Source: a virus
Direction: 5' to 3' (one strand)
Length of the DNA: 64,000 nucleotides
IMG/VR virus record: IMGVR_UViG_3300010396_000009
Coordinates: 1-64,000 of that record
A program made the position numbers and the translations under genes. Shown piece by piece: positions 1 through 9,617 of this stretch (position 1 is the first letter of the stretch; every line of letters starts with the position of its first letter). Below the pieces are notes generated by a model. It was not told where the DNA came from and searched no databases. It saw nothing but the letters and a program-made list of their open reading frames with translations.

Positions 1-890
1 CGCGCTCGAATAGCAATTCGCTGCCACCCCAAAGCCACGCCTGAGCCTCCTCGCAGCTTTTCACGGTAAATGGCACCTGGAGTGTATAGATCCTGGCGGT
101 AGATGGGCAATGGCAGATCAGGAATCTCATCTGCAATAGCTGCACCAGCACCTCCTTGGTGCACTCGATGTCATTATCCCGTCGATCAAGCGTATTGGAA
201 TGCTCCATTAGCCTGAGCATTCCATAGCGCTCCATGCGGATGCGACGAACTTCCTCGTTTCGCTCATCTTGCAAGATCTGCTTTATCGTCTGTGTCTCCG
301 GTCGCATCACTATCTGCTCATCGACGCAGACGCCGTGAATAAAGTACTCAGTAAAGTCGCCCCACTTAAGCGCTGGCCCGTCCTCGCAGTGGAGTCGCTT
401 GCTCGCTCTAAGCAAAGAAATGTCCTCTGTTTTGATGATCTCCGGCGGCTCGCAGATAAATAGATACTTCCTCGCGTCTCCTATGGACACCGTATAGGCG
501 ATCCCGCCCTGCAGGTTCTTGGTGAACAATCGATGACCCATCTTTGGTGCGCCTTTTCCTAGTGGCTTCGCGCCGGTCGCCCTGGTCCATGTGTCCTGGA
601 CCTCAGTGGTCTCGATGCACTTATTCGTCTGGCGCAGTCCCTCGTACGCGGCGGCCAGGTCCAGCGTGATGAGCACACTCGAGTATCCTGACACATTGAT
701 CATGGGTCCGTATTGGGCCTGCGGATCATTCGCCCACTGGTTTCCCACCGCGTGAGCGACCACCGGTGACGAGACCCAGTGACAGTACTTGTATCCAGAG
801 AGAGAGAATCTCTATTTCTCGCTTTCGCTCCTTAGATAAGGGCTGGCAGAAGGCCTCGATGTTAGCCGCTCCACCTAGATGGTCGTACAT
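1..890 (-). CDS. DUF6745-like phage protein, runs off the window end; possibly frameshifted near its 5' end
   Basis: Not in the ORF track. Manual translation gives LHCEDGPALKWGDFTEYFIHGVCV...NEEVRRIRMERYG...CHCPSTARIYTLQVP...CEEAQAWLWG. The ATG at 890 has an AAGGAG SD but is out of frame with the body across (AG)5 at 797-807. Confidence 0.7.
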
Positions 891-1711
891 TCATGCGCTC
901 CTTTGTCTTCTCTGAAACCCTTGAATCGCGGGTGCCGAAGCCCGCCCGCGCTATCGCGCCGCTGATAAGTGACCTCAATGACTGTGCCGAGATACTTCTC
1001 CTCGTTCTCGCTGATCAGGTCCCTCGTCGCATCGTCCATGCCCGAGCAGTTGCAGATGTGCTCATAGTACTCAGTGTCACCCTCCAATTTAATGATACCG
1101 AGCTCAAGCGCGCCGAGGGTGCCCAGATACTTTCCCTTCCCCTCCTTGTAGCCAATTATAATAAGGTCAGCCGTGAGCACCGGCTTCCACTTGCACCAGT
1201 TCAATAGGTTACCATCCTTGAAGACATGACCCTCATAATCAGGCGGCGTCACTACGCTCCAGGCCTGGATAAACGGCTCTACTGAGTCACAGTCGACTCT
1301 CTCGAAGTCGACGAACGGCACATGAAGCACCTTGCAATAGTCCCGCAGCGATTCCAGGCTGAGATTAGCACTCTGTGACGGGATCGCGAAGCACTCCATT
1401 CTCAGTGAGTTATACTCGCGGTTCGCCAGATGGCTCTTGACCTGCGAGGCCTCCTCACCGGGCGCGAACAGCTCGCAGAACAGGGCACCGTTGAACTCTC
1501 GACGCCTTATGTTATAGAGCACGTCACCCGGCTGCCCGCCCAGCTGAATCTCATGGGCGCCGTCCGGGTGCCTGGTGAGACACGTTGGCATGTGATCTTG
1601 GCTACCGTGGCCGATCACGGTGATCATTATACCGTCTCGCTTGAGGTGAGCGTACTTGCGCACGTCGCCGGGCTTGTACGTCGTGATTTTCGGTCGCTCA
1701 TAGTGCATCAT
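875..1711 (-). CDS. ATP-dependent DNA ligase (compact phage type)
   Basis: KxDG adenylation motif (HLKRDG), EGHVFK, KWK and an OB-fold tail (GKYLGTLGAL...LRHPRFKGFREDK). Confidence 0.9.
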   Translation of the reverse strand: MMHYERPKITTYKPGDVRKYAHLKRDGIMITVIGHGSQDHMPTCLTRHPDGAHEIQLGGQPGDVLYNIRRREFNGALFCELFAPGEEASQVKSHLANREYNSLRMECFAIPSQSANLSLESLRDYCKVLHVPFVDFERVDCDSVEPFIQAWSVVTPPDYEGHVFKDGNLLNWCKWKPVLTADLIIIGYKEGKGKYLGTLGALELGIIKLEGDTEYYEHICNCSGMDDATRDLISENEEKYLGTVIEVTYQRRDSAGGLRHPRFKGFREDKGAHECTTI

Positions 1712-2052
1712 GATTCATACACCTCACTCTTCTTCGGCTGAGTTGTCTCGCCCATGATGTGCTCGATGTCAATTACGTCACCTGAGTCAAGTGTGTCCCA
1801 GTTCTCCTCGACGTATCGGTGGGCCCGGAACATGGTCCTTGAGCTCTCACCCCAGCCGCACGGGTCACACTGCTGCTTTTGCTCGTCTCCGCCGAGCCGC
1901 GAGAAGATGATATAGTCCAGCGGACGATTTGGATCATAGCCAGCTCGCCAGATCGTCCTGCGCTCCCACTCGGTCGTTGGTCGAAGGCGAGTCGCCAGAA
2001 CCGGGATGTACGTCATTCGGTCGCGCACCTCGAAGATCTTAGTATTAAGCAT
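1708..2052 (-). CDS. hypothetical phage protein
   Basis: Stop overlaps the ligase start; GGAG SD and an upstream promoter. Confidence 0.7.
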   Translation of the reverse strand: MLNTKIFEVRDRMTYIPVLATRLRPTTEWERRTIWRAGYDPNRPLDYIIFSRLGGDEQKQQCDPCGWGESSRTMFRAHRYVEENWDTLDSGDVIDIEHIMGETTQPKKSEVYES

Positions 2053-2090
2053 CTCATCTCTCCATAGGACATAGGATAGGTCACATTATC

Positions 2091-2119
2091 ATTATACCAT
2101 AATCTGCTCGACTTGTACA
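2091..2119 (-). promoter_or_regulatory. sigma70-type promoter TGTACA-N17-TATAAT with extended -10
   Basis: Exact 17-nt spacer; the same consensus recurs at six other sites. Confidence 0.75.
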
Positions 2120-2490
2120 CCCGCCTTTCTGAGGAGCTCAATACCGGCCGTCAATCTGTACTCTCGCAGATATATCAGTCGTCGGATACCGCCGTTGATA
2201 ATCGCGCTGGCGCAGCTCTCGCACGGCGAATCAGTGACGAACATGTGATACGGCGTGAATCGCATCTTGATCAGGGCATTGATCTCTGAGTGAATGCAGC
2301 CGCATGATCCAGGTACATCGCTGTGCAGGCACTCATTTGGCCCACCCTTGTAGGTGCCGTTATACCCCACCGCGAGCTGTCCATACGCCTCGTCAGTGAT
2401 CACCGAGCCCACCTGGAGGCGCTGACAGGTGCTCATCTGAGCGAATTCTTGAGCTACTCTCATCATTAGCTGATCCTTAGTCGGTCTCAT
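2092..2490 (-). CDS. dCMP deaminase
   Basis: STCQRLQVG, GYNG, HSEINAL and SPCESC zinc-deaminase motifs. Confidence 0.92.
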   Translation of the reverse strand: MRPTKDQLMMRVAQEFAQMSTCQRLQVGSVITDEAYGQLAVGYNGTYKGGPNECLHSDVPGSCGCIHSEINALIKMRFTPYHMFVTDSPCESCASAIINGGIRRLIYLREYRLTAGIELLRKAGVQVEQIMV

Positions 2491-2492
2491 GA

Positions 2493-4478
2493 TTATCTCC
2501 CCAATATTCTCTTGAGAATCTCCCTCAGGTCCTGCACCTGAAGGGCGCTTGTCCTCTTGTTAGTCACCCGGGCTCGGATCTCTTCATCGACTGTTCCAAG
2601 CACCGTCAGGTCGGTGATACGCACGTTTCTCCTGGTTCCCTTTCTATGGCACCTGTCCTCGCTCTGGCTCCTCTTAGGGTGAGACCAGTCCTGGCTGTAG
2701 TAGATCTCATGGGTGCAGTCTGTGTCATGCGGCTTATCACTCGTGTAGTCATATCCGAGCAGGTTAATACCTGTGCCGCCGGCGCCCGGGTTACCGACGA
2801 GGACCTTGCACCTCGTGTCGCAGTTAAACCTGCGCACGTTCTCCTCTCTATCGGCCTCGCGAGTGCCGCCGCGGAACTCAACTGCGTCTATGTTCTCTCT
2901 TCGCAGTCTCTCCATGATAGAGCTGATGTCCTGCTTGAAGTGAGCCCAGACGATGGTCTTCTCTGTCGGCTCCTTGTCCTTGAGGATCTCGACCAGGGCC
3001 TCTATTTTTGGGTTAGGCTCGAACTTGTCAATCTGCCTGGCCGAGAGCACCTCGCCTGTCTCGTTATCAATGATCGGATCAAATGAGATGAACCCGCTGG
3101 TGATCTGCGCCAATCGCAGGAGCTTCACCAGGATGTTATCGGCGTTGAGTTGCTTGGTCTCATCCGCCAGGTCTCGCTCGATCTCGGCGGTCAGGTCGTC
3201 TCGCACCTGGTTATATATCTCCGCCTGGCGCTCGGTCATCTCGACCTCATATATGTCATAGACCTTCTCGGGCAGGTCCGGCAGCGCTTCTGATTTTTTC
3301 ACGATGAACGAGCATCTGGCGAGCCGCTCTTTCATGAAGGGAAGATTCTGCACGCCGGATAACCTCTTGGTTCCACGCGCTGGGTCACGGGCCTCGTAGA
3401 CACCATAGAATTTGCAGAAGGCCTCCCGAGAAGTGAATCCAGAACCTCCCTCTCGCATGAACTCAAATAATGAGAAGAGATCGAATACTGAGTTGCAGAC
3501 CGGGGTCCCAGTGAGCACCATTCTCGCGTTGGCGATGTCTCTTAATTCTATGGCGCTCTTCGACCTCTTGGTCTGCGACCCCTTAATGTAATGCGCCTCA
3601 TCTAGGACAGCCAAATCCCACTCAAGCTTAGAGATCAGCTCCCACGTCTTGCCCGAGAGGCACTCATAGGAGCAGACGACGATCGTGTACTGGAGCTCGT
3701 CGCGACCGTTCTTCACCATCGCCTCGAAGAACTGCTTCATCCGCTTGAACTCGCCGCCGCGGAGCACGGTCACCTTTCCCGCCACGTTCGAGAATCGCTC
3801 GAACTCCGTGGCCCAGTTTTGCCTGACGTTCTTCGGGGCCACGATTATGCAGCGATACATTCGCCCGTGCTTTGCTGAGATCACCGGAGCCTCGAGATCC
3901 ACTCGCTTAACGACGATCGGGGTCTTGCCGGTGCCCTGCTCCATGAAGAGCCCGTAGCCGTCTGTGTGCAAGCAGTTGGCCAGGCCGATATCCTGATGGA
4001 GCATCAGGTCGAGCCCGCTGTGAGAGGTGTACTGCCTCACTATGGGCTGCGTTGGAGCCGCGAGCATCGTGATCATGGGCTTGAGCGCCAGGTACTCGCG
4101 ATACTCGGCCGTTCGATGCATCGCGATCTGCTGATGCCTCACAGTTGTGATCAGATACCTGATGACGATCTCGGCATCCGGGCTCATCTTCACCTGGCTC
4201 TCGGGCCAGAGCTCAGTGATCAGCTGAGCCGAGATGTCAGTGCTGGGCACATTCCACTGAGTGCCGCTCTTAAGCCCGACCTCCTGTCGCTGCGGGAACC
4301 TCGACATAAATCCGTAAGTCGCCTCGTGACTCGGCCAGGTATTCGGCTCGCTCGTCGTTATCCTGAGTGACAGCTGCGAGGCGTCCTTGGCTGTGTCAAT
4401 CACGAGCTGATCCCAGGTAGACAAGCGCAATGGCTTCATGAGCTCGTCTTTGGTGATTGGCGTGTTTACTACTGCCAT
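2493..4478 (-). CDS. SNF2-family (SF2) helicase
   Basis: EQGTGKT, LDEAH, LTGTP, GGTGINL and QSEDRCHRKG motifs. Confidence 0.93.
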   Translation of the reverse strand: MAVVNTPITKDELMKPLRLSTWDQLVIDTAKDASQLSLRITTSEPNTWPSHEATYGFMSRFPQRQEVGLKSGTQWNVPSTDISAQLITELWPESQVKMSPDAEIVIRYLITTVRHQQIAMHRTAEYREYLALKPMITMLAAPTQPIVRQYTSHSGLDLMLHQDIGLANCLHTDGYGLFMEQGTGKTPIVVKRVDLEAPVISAKHGRMYRCIIVAPKNVRQNWATEFERFSNVAGKVTVLRGGEFKRMKQFFEAMVKNGRDELQYTIVVCSYECLSGKTWELISKLEWDLAVLDEAHYIKGSQTKRSKSAIELRDIANARMVLTGTPVCNSVFDLFSLFEFMREGGSGFTSREAFCKFYGVYEARDPARGTKRLSGVQNLPFMKERLARCSFIVKKSEALPDLPEKVYDIYEVEMTERQAEIYNQVRDDLTAEIERDLADETKQLNADNILVKLLRLAQITSGFISFDPIIDNETGEVLSARQIDKFEPNPKIEALVEILKDKEPTEKTIVWAHFKQDISSIMERLRRENIDAVEFRGGTREADREENVRRFNCDTRCKVLVGNPGAGGTGINLLGYDYTSDKPHDTDCTHEIYYSQDWSHPKRSQSEDRCHRKGTRRNVRITDLTVLGTVDEEIRARVTNKRTSALQVQDLREILKRILGR

Positions 4479-4516
4479 GACTCAGATCCTTTCAATAGGG
4501 ACTACATAGGACAATA

Positions 4517-4546
4517 GCTGCAGCGGAAAAGGTCCTCCGCTGCAGC
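4517..4546 (-). terminator. 11-bp perfect hairpin in the helicase leader (attenuator or terminator-like)
   Basis: GCTGCAGCGGA / TCCGCTGCAGC inverted repeat with a weak U tail. Confidence 0.4.
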
Positions 4547-4553
4547 CCAACGC

Positions 4554-4582
4554 ATCTTATCAAGTTATAAGCGCTCTGTAAA
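4554..4582 (-). promoter_or_regulatory. sigma70-type promoter TTTACA-N17-TAAGAT
   Basis: 17-nt spacer; intergenic, upstream of the helicase. Confidence 0.6.
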
Positions 4583-4595
4583 CCTCAGTCGTCGC

Positions 4596-5300
4596 TCAAT
4601 TATTGAGCGGGTTCCCCTTGTCTCGCAGGGCCAGCTTGATCAGCTCCGGCGGCATCGAGAGCATCAATTTGAGAAGCTCGTCTGCTTTCGCAGAGAGCTT
4701 CTGCACCTTCTTCTCGCCGCCCATATTTCGCTCAAGAGCATAGAGCTCCTCTAACCTGGCGTAGCACTGATCGAGGATCTCATCGCCGCGCACCTTGTGC
4801 TGCATGAAGATCTCGAAGTAGCGACACTGGGCAGTCACACCGGTCTGAAGCTCGGTCTCCCTTTTACGAAAAGCTCGCATGTCATTCGCCAGAAGCCTCC
4901 TCAGAGAGTTGACCTCGTTCTGGTACCCGGCGATGATGAACCGCAGCGTAGAGGCTCGCTCATTGGTCAGCGAGGCCAGTTTTCTGCCCACCTGCGAGTG
5001 CTTGTGTGGCTTGATGTCATTCACGCGGCAGATCAGCTTGAGCATCTTTTTGATGCCCGAGGCCGAGAGGCACTCGATGAGCTCCTTTTGCTTCTCGACG
5101 ATCTGCAGCTGCAGATGAATCGTCAACTTTGCTGAGTCCGTCACCCGCTCTCTGAGGTGATGCAGCTCTGCGATCATAGGATTAACCACCTTTCGATGCT
5201 CTTGATAGACGCGTTTCACATCTCTTTGCTTGTCCGAGATGACGCATCTGATTCGGTTCTTGACGTGCTTGATCTCCTTGCGAATTTCCTCTATCGTCAT
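4596..5300 (-). CDS. coiled-coil hypothetical protein (probable start MTIEE at 5300)
   Basis: AAGGAG SD before the ATG at 5300; helical heptad character. Confidence 0.65.
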   Translation of the reverse strand: MTIEEIRKEIKHVKNRIRCVISDKQRDVKRVYQEHRKVVNPMIAELHHLRERVTDSAKLTIHLQLQIVEKQKELIECLSASGIKKMLKLICRVNDIKPHKHSQVGRKLASLTNERASTLRFIIAGYQNEVNSLRRLLANDMRAFRKRETELQTGVTAQCRYFEIFMQHKVRGDEILDQCYARLEELYALERNMGGEKKVQKLSAKADELLKLMLSMPPELIKLALRDKGNPLNN

Positions 5301-5339
5301 GATAGGCTCCTTTGGGTGATGGGAATAGGACATAGGATC

Positions 5340-5395
5340 GGAAATGCGAAGCAAGAACTCAGCTACGTTAGCTGAGTCCTTGCTCTGCGCATTCC
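5340..5395 (-). terminator. long imperfect hairpin (terminator or RNase III-type site)
   Basis: GCAAGGACTCAGCT/AGCTGAGTTCTTGC core with a G-U pair on the minus strand, extended by GGAATGCG/CGCATTTCC. Confidence 0.55.
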
Positions 5396-5429
5396 GGGGC
5401 TTTTAATCACTCGCCCAGGTGATTTCGAC

Positions 5430-5921
5430 TCAGCTCTTTGCTTCCTCCTTCGCGGCCTCGGGAACCGGCTGCCCGGCGAGGGCGGCCTTGAACATCTCGA
5501 CGAACTCTTCCGTCTTGACGCCGTCCTTCTCCAGCTCGGCGCGCAGCTCGGCGAAGCGATCCATCATGCTGCGCAGCTTCTTGACCTTGCCCTTGGCATT
5601 GCCGCCGCCCTTCTCGCAGTCAGCGGCCTCCTCGTCCAGCTTGGCGGCCTTCTGGCGCATCTCTTCGGCGCGGCGACGAAGCAACGGGGCCTCGTTCTCG
5701 AAGTGCGAGCGCTTGAGCTGCTTGTGAACCTTCGGATCGAAGTCGGCCGGCCACTCCTTCAATTTCTGGGTCGGCTTGCCCTCGGGGTTGGGCGCGAGCA
5801 GCGGATGCATGATTTTCTCGGGCTTCTCCTTCTTGGCCTTGGGCGCCGGGTCGCCAGGCTTCGTAGACTGCTTGTCGGATTTCTTGGCCTTCGGTTCTTT
5901 TTCAGCAACTGCTTCAGACAT
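5430..5921 (-). CDS. Lys/Glu-rich hypothetical protein, paralog of 9618..10142 (start MSEAV at 5921)
   Basis: Shares KLKEWPxDxDPxVHxxLKRSxFENExPxL with the paralog; GAGGAG SD. Confidence 0.8.
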   Translation of the reverse strand: MSEAVAEKEPKAKKSDKQSTKPGDPAPKAKKEKPEKIMHPLLAPNPEGKPTQKLKEWPADFDPKVHKQLKRSHFENEAPLLRRRAEEMRQKAAKLDEEAADCEKGGGNAKGKVKKLRSMMDRFAELRAELEKDGVKTEEFVEMFKAALAGQPVPEAAKEEAKS

Positions 5922-5986
5922 TTTTCTTCTCCTCTTCCTAAGGTGACAAAAGACAGGGAACACAGAATTGTGTAACCAGAAAGCGT

Positions 5987-6015
5987 ATTATACCATATAA
6001 TATGGCCGATGTAAA
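5987..6015 (-). promoter_or_regulatory. sigma70-type promoter TTTACA-N17-TATAAT with extended -10
   Basis: Near-consensus hexamers with a 17-nt spacer; intergenic. Confidence 0.8.
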
Positions 6016-6103
6016 TAGTGGACCCATAAAAAGTGGTTTATATGAGGAAAATTCTGCAAATCATAATGATCACAGGTCCACCGTGCTGCTGTGATCACTC
6101 TGA

Positions 6104-6292
6104 TTATTGCTGGTTGCTGGGGCGCCCGACAGACCTGACTTCAGCAAGATGAGGAGCATTGCACTCGCAGGCGATTGCAATGCGGCAATACTCGCTCAGT
6201 GATTGCTTGCTCTTCTTGGCCGCTTTCTTGAGAGCCTTCATGAGCTCCTTGGACATCGCGATCTGCAGTCTTCCGTTTGCTGGCTGTTTCAT
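6104..6292 (-). CDS. ribbon-helix-helix (CopG/Arc-like) DNA-binding protein
   Basis: RLQIAMSKELMKALKKAAKKSKQSLSEYCRIAI fits the RHH pattern. Confidence 0.75.
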   Translation of the reverse strand: MKQPANGRLQIAMSKELMKALKKAAKKSKQSLSEYCRIAIACECNAPHLAEVRSVGRPSNQQ

Positions 6293-6837
6293 AGCTTGTT
6301 CTCAACTGCCTTGATATGTCTCGGGCTGTCCTCAAGAATGACTCGCCAGTGCCGAGACTCGACTGGCTTGAGTCGAAGATCCTTTACTATGAATGCATAT
6401 CGCTTAGGCGCTATGCACTCAAGTAAAGTGGGATTCGTCACGAAGACCTTCATCGACTCCGCGAAGTCCTCGATGGTCTGTGACGCGGCATACGACCCGA
6501 CTGGAGGCTCATCCATGGCGCCCATGATCAGTGAGTGCCATCGTCGTCGCACGTCGCCCCAGCCCAGGAGATGATTCACGTGATGCCCGAGTTCGTGAGC
6601 CGTTACGCCGAGCACAGTGAGATCCGCGGTGTATCCTGGCCAGGTCCAGCTATAGAGAGATGTACTCGGTGCTTTGCACCTAAGTGCATCTACTATAAGT
6701 TGTCCGAACTTATACACACCATAGTGATTAGGTTTGAGCTTCGGTCGAAAGTCCATGAGCGGCACCTGAAGCTCATTGACTCGGCAGAAGTTCTCGACTG
6801 CTGCTCGAGCCGCGACTGAGTCATGCGGAAGGATCAT
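6289..6837 (-). CDS. zincin-like metallopeptidase
   Basis: HELGH (HExxH) plus a downstream YA...EDFAES motif. Confidence 0.75.
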   Translation of the reverse strand: MILPHDSVAARAAVENFCRVNELQVPLMDFRPKLKPNHYGVYKFGQLIVDALRCKAPSTSLYSWTWPGYTADLTVLGVTAHELGHHVNHLLGWGDVRRRWHSLIMGAMDEPPVGSYAASQTIEDFAESMKVFVTNPTLLECIAPKRYAFIVKDLRLKPVESRHWRVILEDSPRHIKAVENKL

Positions 6838-7412
6838 CTGGTCTCCTTCGCATCCCTGACGTAGCGATCGAACAAGAGCTGCTCGAGCTCATCCAGGCTC
6901 AGGCTCATGTGGGTCTCATTCTCTGTGACCGTATGCCATCGCCCATTGCTGAACCCAATCCAGTAGGAGTTGTCCAGATAAGCTAGTCCCGGACCCTCTA
7001 CGCCATCTCCCAGCGTATCACACTTGCCGAGGTCTGCTAATAATACTCGGGTCCTCCGGAATTCCTCGATGGTCATCGATGGCATTTTACAGGTGAGCAC
7101 TGCTGCCCTGATCTGATCTGTGCTCGTCTCGCCGTCGAGTTCTCGCTCTGCGACTTTATCGACTACCTCGAGGACGAACTCAAGAGCTTTCGTGAAACCC
7201 TCCCAGTAATAGTACTGACCTGATGTCATCGCGGGCCAGCTAACCTTCGCGAACAGCAACCTCGCCTTCTCTTGCCACTTGAGCTTCACTGACTCTGGTA
7301 TCTTGCTCATGACTGATCCTCTTTCTGATGTCATCTGTATAGCGACATCGACAGTGCTCTTGACACCGCCCGCAGATGCGACAAGTATCTGACGTATCGC
7401 ACTCCATTTCAC
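6834..7412 (-). CDS. hypothetical protein (start uncertain)
   Basis: Stop overlaps the next start; lies in a tightly packed operon. Confidence 0.55.
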   Translation of the reverse strand: MKWSAIRQILVASAGGVKSTVDVAIQMTSERGSVMSKIPESVKLKWQEKARLLFAKVSWPAMTSGQYYYWEGFTKALEFVLEVVDKVAERELDGETSTDQIRAAVLTCKMPSMTIEEFRRTRVLLADLGKCDTLGDGVEGPGLAYLDNSYWIGFSNGRWHTVTENETHMSLSLDELEQLLFDRYVRDAKETR

Positions 7413-7436
7413 CCATTCCGTACAGTTGGTAGCATT

Positions 7437-7757
7437 TCATGGGTATTTATCACTTTCTGGGATTTCTAGCTCGATCAGCACCTCGGGCTCGGCGTCCTCT
7501 AGTAAGTGGAGCCTCACCTCGCGGTACAGCGTCTTATCTATCTCTGGCTCGCAGTCATCAGTCCATTCTGAGACGTATCGCGTGACCTGACCATTGCACA
7601 CCGTCGCGGCGTGCTTGAGCTTGAGACCGTAGCACTCCATTGCCTCATTAACCCACTCTTGGCCAGCAAGGTCCTCACCGTTTCTGTAATTGTCCTCCAT
7701 CCATTTGGTGAACTCCTCACCATTCCAAATTATCACCACCAACCTGTGTCTCATCAC
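7437..7757 (-). CDS. acidic hypothetical protein (start near 7754-7757)
   Basis: Packed operon; AAAGG SD before VMRHRLVV. Confidence 0.55.
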   Translation of the reverse strand: MMRHRLVVIIWNGEEFTKWMEDNYRNGEDLAGQEWVNEAMECYGLKLKHAATVCNGQVTRYVSEWTDDCEPEIDKTLYREVRLHLLEDAEPEVLIELEIPESDKYP

Positions 7758-8020
7758 GCACCCTTTCTCATCTTGAGCTTGATTGACCTGCGCTCCACCC
7801 TGATCTCCGGGCCAACGGCCCGGCACAGCTTCACCAGAGTGTAGAATTGCGGAAGTCTTGTCTTGTGACTCCGCAGGTTATACAAGGTCCCGGCGCCGAG
7901 CCGGGCCTCCTTGGACAGCGCATTTATGTTGTCGTACTGCTCTTCAGCCAGGACGAACGCGAGATCAGTCGTCGTGCGCATCTCTGAAAGGTATTGACGG
8001 TCTACGTGTATCTTGCTCAT
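7754..8020 (-). CDS. XRE-like helix-turn-helix protein
   Basis: INALSKEARLGAGTLYNL...PQFYTLVKLCRAVG. Confidence 0.7.
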   Translation of the reverse strand: MSKIHVDRQYLSEMRTTTDLAFVLAEEQYDNINALSKEARLGAGTLYNLRSHKTRLPQFYTLVKLCRAVGPEIRVERRSIKLKMRKGA

Positions 8021-8394
8021 TCATAATCTCCTAGTGATCCGTAGGGGTCCTCGAAGTAGAAGTGCTCGTGGTACAGCTTGTCGATTAGGCCCAGGTCCAT
8101 GCCGACCCGGCGCTCGAAGCAGTCGACGAGCCACCGCTCGCGCTGCTCGTAGTAGTCCTGCCACGGCTGGGCGTCTCGCTTGGGCTGATACGGCCAGAGC
8201 AAGTCGACGTTGTGCGGCGTGATCTCACGACCGTCGACTGTGAGGACGCAGCTGAGGCCACCGTGTCTCAGCGAGTACGTGTGGCCGCAACGGGTCACAG
8301 TGTACTCGACCCAGCCGTACGGGTCCTCCCGCGGGCCCTCCGTGCCGCTGCGGCGGCGTATGGTGGTGCCGTTACATAGCTTCGTTGAGATCAT
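8017..8394 (-). CDS. hypothetical protein
   Basis: AAGGAG SD and an overlap with the next gene. Confidence 0.6.
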   Translation of the reverse strand: MISTKLCNGTTIRRRSGTEGPREDPYGWVEYTVTRCGHTYSLRHGGLSCVLTVDGREITPHNVDLLWPYQPKRDAQPWQDYYEQRERWLVDCFERRVGMDLGLIDKLYHEHFYFEDPYGSLGDYE

Positions 8395-8584
8395 CTCGAC
8401 TCTCCTTTCTCATCGGCTCATATGGCAGCTCGCCGCGACGAATCCTAAGATTCGTGGGCGCGCTGATGCCAATGCGGACTCGGGGCTTGTCATTGCCACG
8501 GACCTCGACGATGAGAATCGTGATCTCATTTCCTGGGTCACCGATCACGATGCTCTGACCCAGTTCCCTCGATAAGACAAGCAT
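8372..8584 (-). CDS. csrA: carbon storage regulator CsrA/RsmA homolog
   Basis: MLVLSR..GQSIVIGD...RVRIGISAP...IRRGEL signature. Confidence 0.93.
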   Translation of the reverse strand: MLVLSRELGQSIVIGDPGNEITILIVEVRGNDKPRVRIGISAPTNLRIRRGELPYEPMRKESRDDLNEAM

Positions 8585-8605
8585 TCTTTGCTCCTTCCTT
8601 GATTA

Positions 8606-8878
8606 CTAATTGTTAGAAAACGTCTGAGTCAGCATGTCGCGCAGGTCCTTGCAGTCAGGAACCTCCATGACCTTGCCGTTGGCTATAACATAGCCTGTGT
8701 TCTCGTGATGAGCCACGAAGACAACTCGCCCGTTAAGATTCTTGAGCGAGCGGATCTCGTGCCATTGAAGGGTCTTGAGCAGCTCATTCACCTCACCAGA
8801 CAAGTTAAGCTCGCATGGCTTAACCTGCATTCTGAACGGCATCCCGTGCTCATCAACGAGAGTAATAATCTCGTTCAT
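8606..8878 (-). CDS. hypothetical protein
   Basis: Start overlaps the upstream gene's stop. Confidence 0.55.
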   Translation of the reverse strand: MNEIITLVDEHGMPFRMQVKPCELNLSGEVNELLKTLQWHEIRSLKNLNGRVVFVAHHENTGYVIANGKVMEVPDCKDLRDMLTQTFSNN

Positions 8879-9162
8879 ATGAGCACTAGGACCGGGATCA
8901 GGTTCTGAGCCGAGTGAATGGCGAGCACAGCATCTGCATCGAACATGATGCCGCCGGTCTCAAAGTAGATCGCCCCCTCGCTGGCCTTCAGTGAAAGGCG
9001 CTCGCAGAACATCCGCGCCCCGTTTGACTTTCGGATCTCGACGACTCGCCCGATGATGGGAGAAAGGTCTCGATCCTCGTAGTGCTTCAAGCGTACCATG
9101 ACATGCTCCTTATAAAAGACATCCCGAGTTTCAGGGCATCGGGAACGCCCGCTCTTGGACAC
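8875..9162 (-). CDS. hypothetical protein (start uncertain)
   Basis: Packed operon; AAGGAG precedes an internal start. Confidence 0.5.
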   Translation of the reverse strand: MSKSGRSRCPETRDVFYKEHVMVRLKHYEDRDLSPIIGRVVEIRKSNGARMFCERLSLKASEGAIYFETGGIMFDADAVLAIHSAQNLIPVLVLI

Positions 9163-9234
9163 CGAGCGCCTAAGCTCTCGGTGTCCTCGAGTGGAGATTC
9201 CGTTACCGGGATCTGGTCACTTCAGCTACACACC

Positions 9235-9510
9235 CTACACACCCTCGACTCCCAAGCCAAGCAGCTTGGTCTCGAGTCGAGAGACCTCGTCGCGAGCCTT
9301 GCACAGCCGACGATAGGTCGCGACCGCGGGCAGACCACCGAGATCCATGATCTCGACCTCGCGAGCCGATTCACGAGCCTTCTTTTCATCGCTCTCGGCC
9401 CGTCGGGTCATCGCGGCGGCTCGCCGCTCGGCCTTCTGCTCGGGCGTCAGCTTCTTCTTCTCTTTCTTTGTCTTCGCCATGGTCTCACTCACCTTTCTTC
9501 GCTCTAACAT
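9235..9510 (-). CDS. basic hypothetical protein
   Basis: Lys/Arg-rich ORF on the coding strand with an SD. Confidence 0.55.
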   Translation of the reverse strand: MLERRKVSETMAKTKKEKKKLTPEQKAERRAAAMTRRAESDEKKARESAREVEIMDLGGLPAVATYRRLCKARDEVSRLETKLLGLGVEGV

Positions 9511-9558
9511 TGGTTAAGGGATACAGGATACACAAACCTCTACTCTTCCTCGCTCGCC

Positions 9559-9611
9559 GGAGCTTCCTGCGAAGGGAGCGGTTCCTCGCCTCTCGCCTTC
9601 GCAAGAGCTCC
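9559..9611 (-). terminator. long imperfect hairpin after the paralog gene
   Basis: GGAGCT-CTTGCGAAGG / CCTTCGCAGG-A-AGCTCC pairing with G-U on the minus strand; no U tail. Confidence 0.45.
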
Positions 9612-9617
9612 TCCAGG

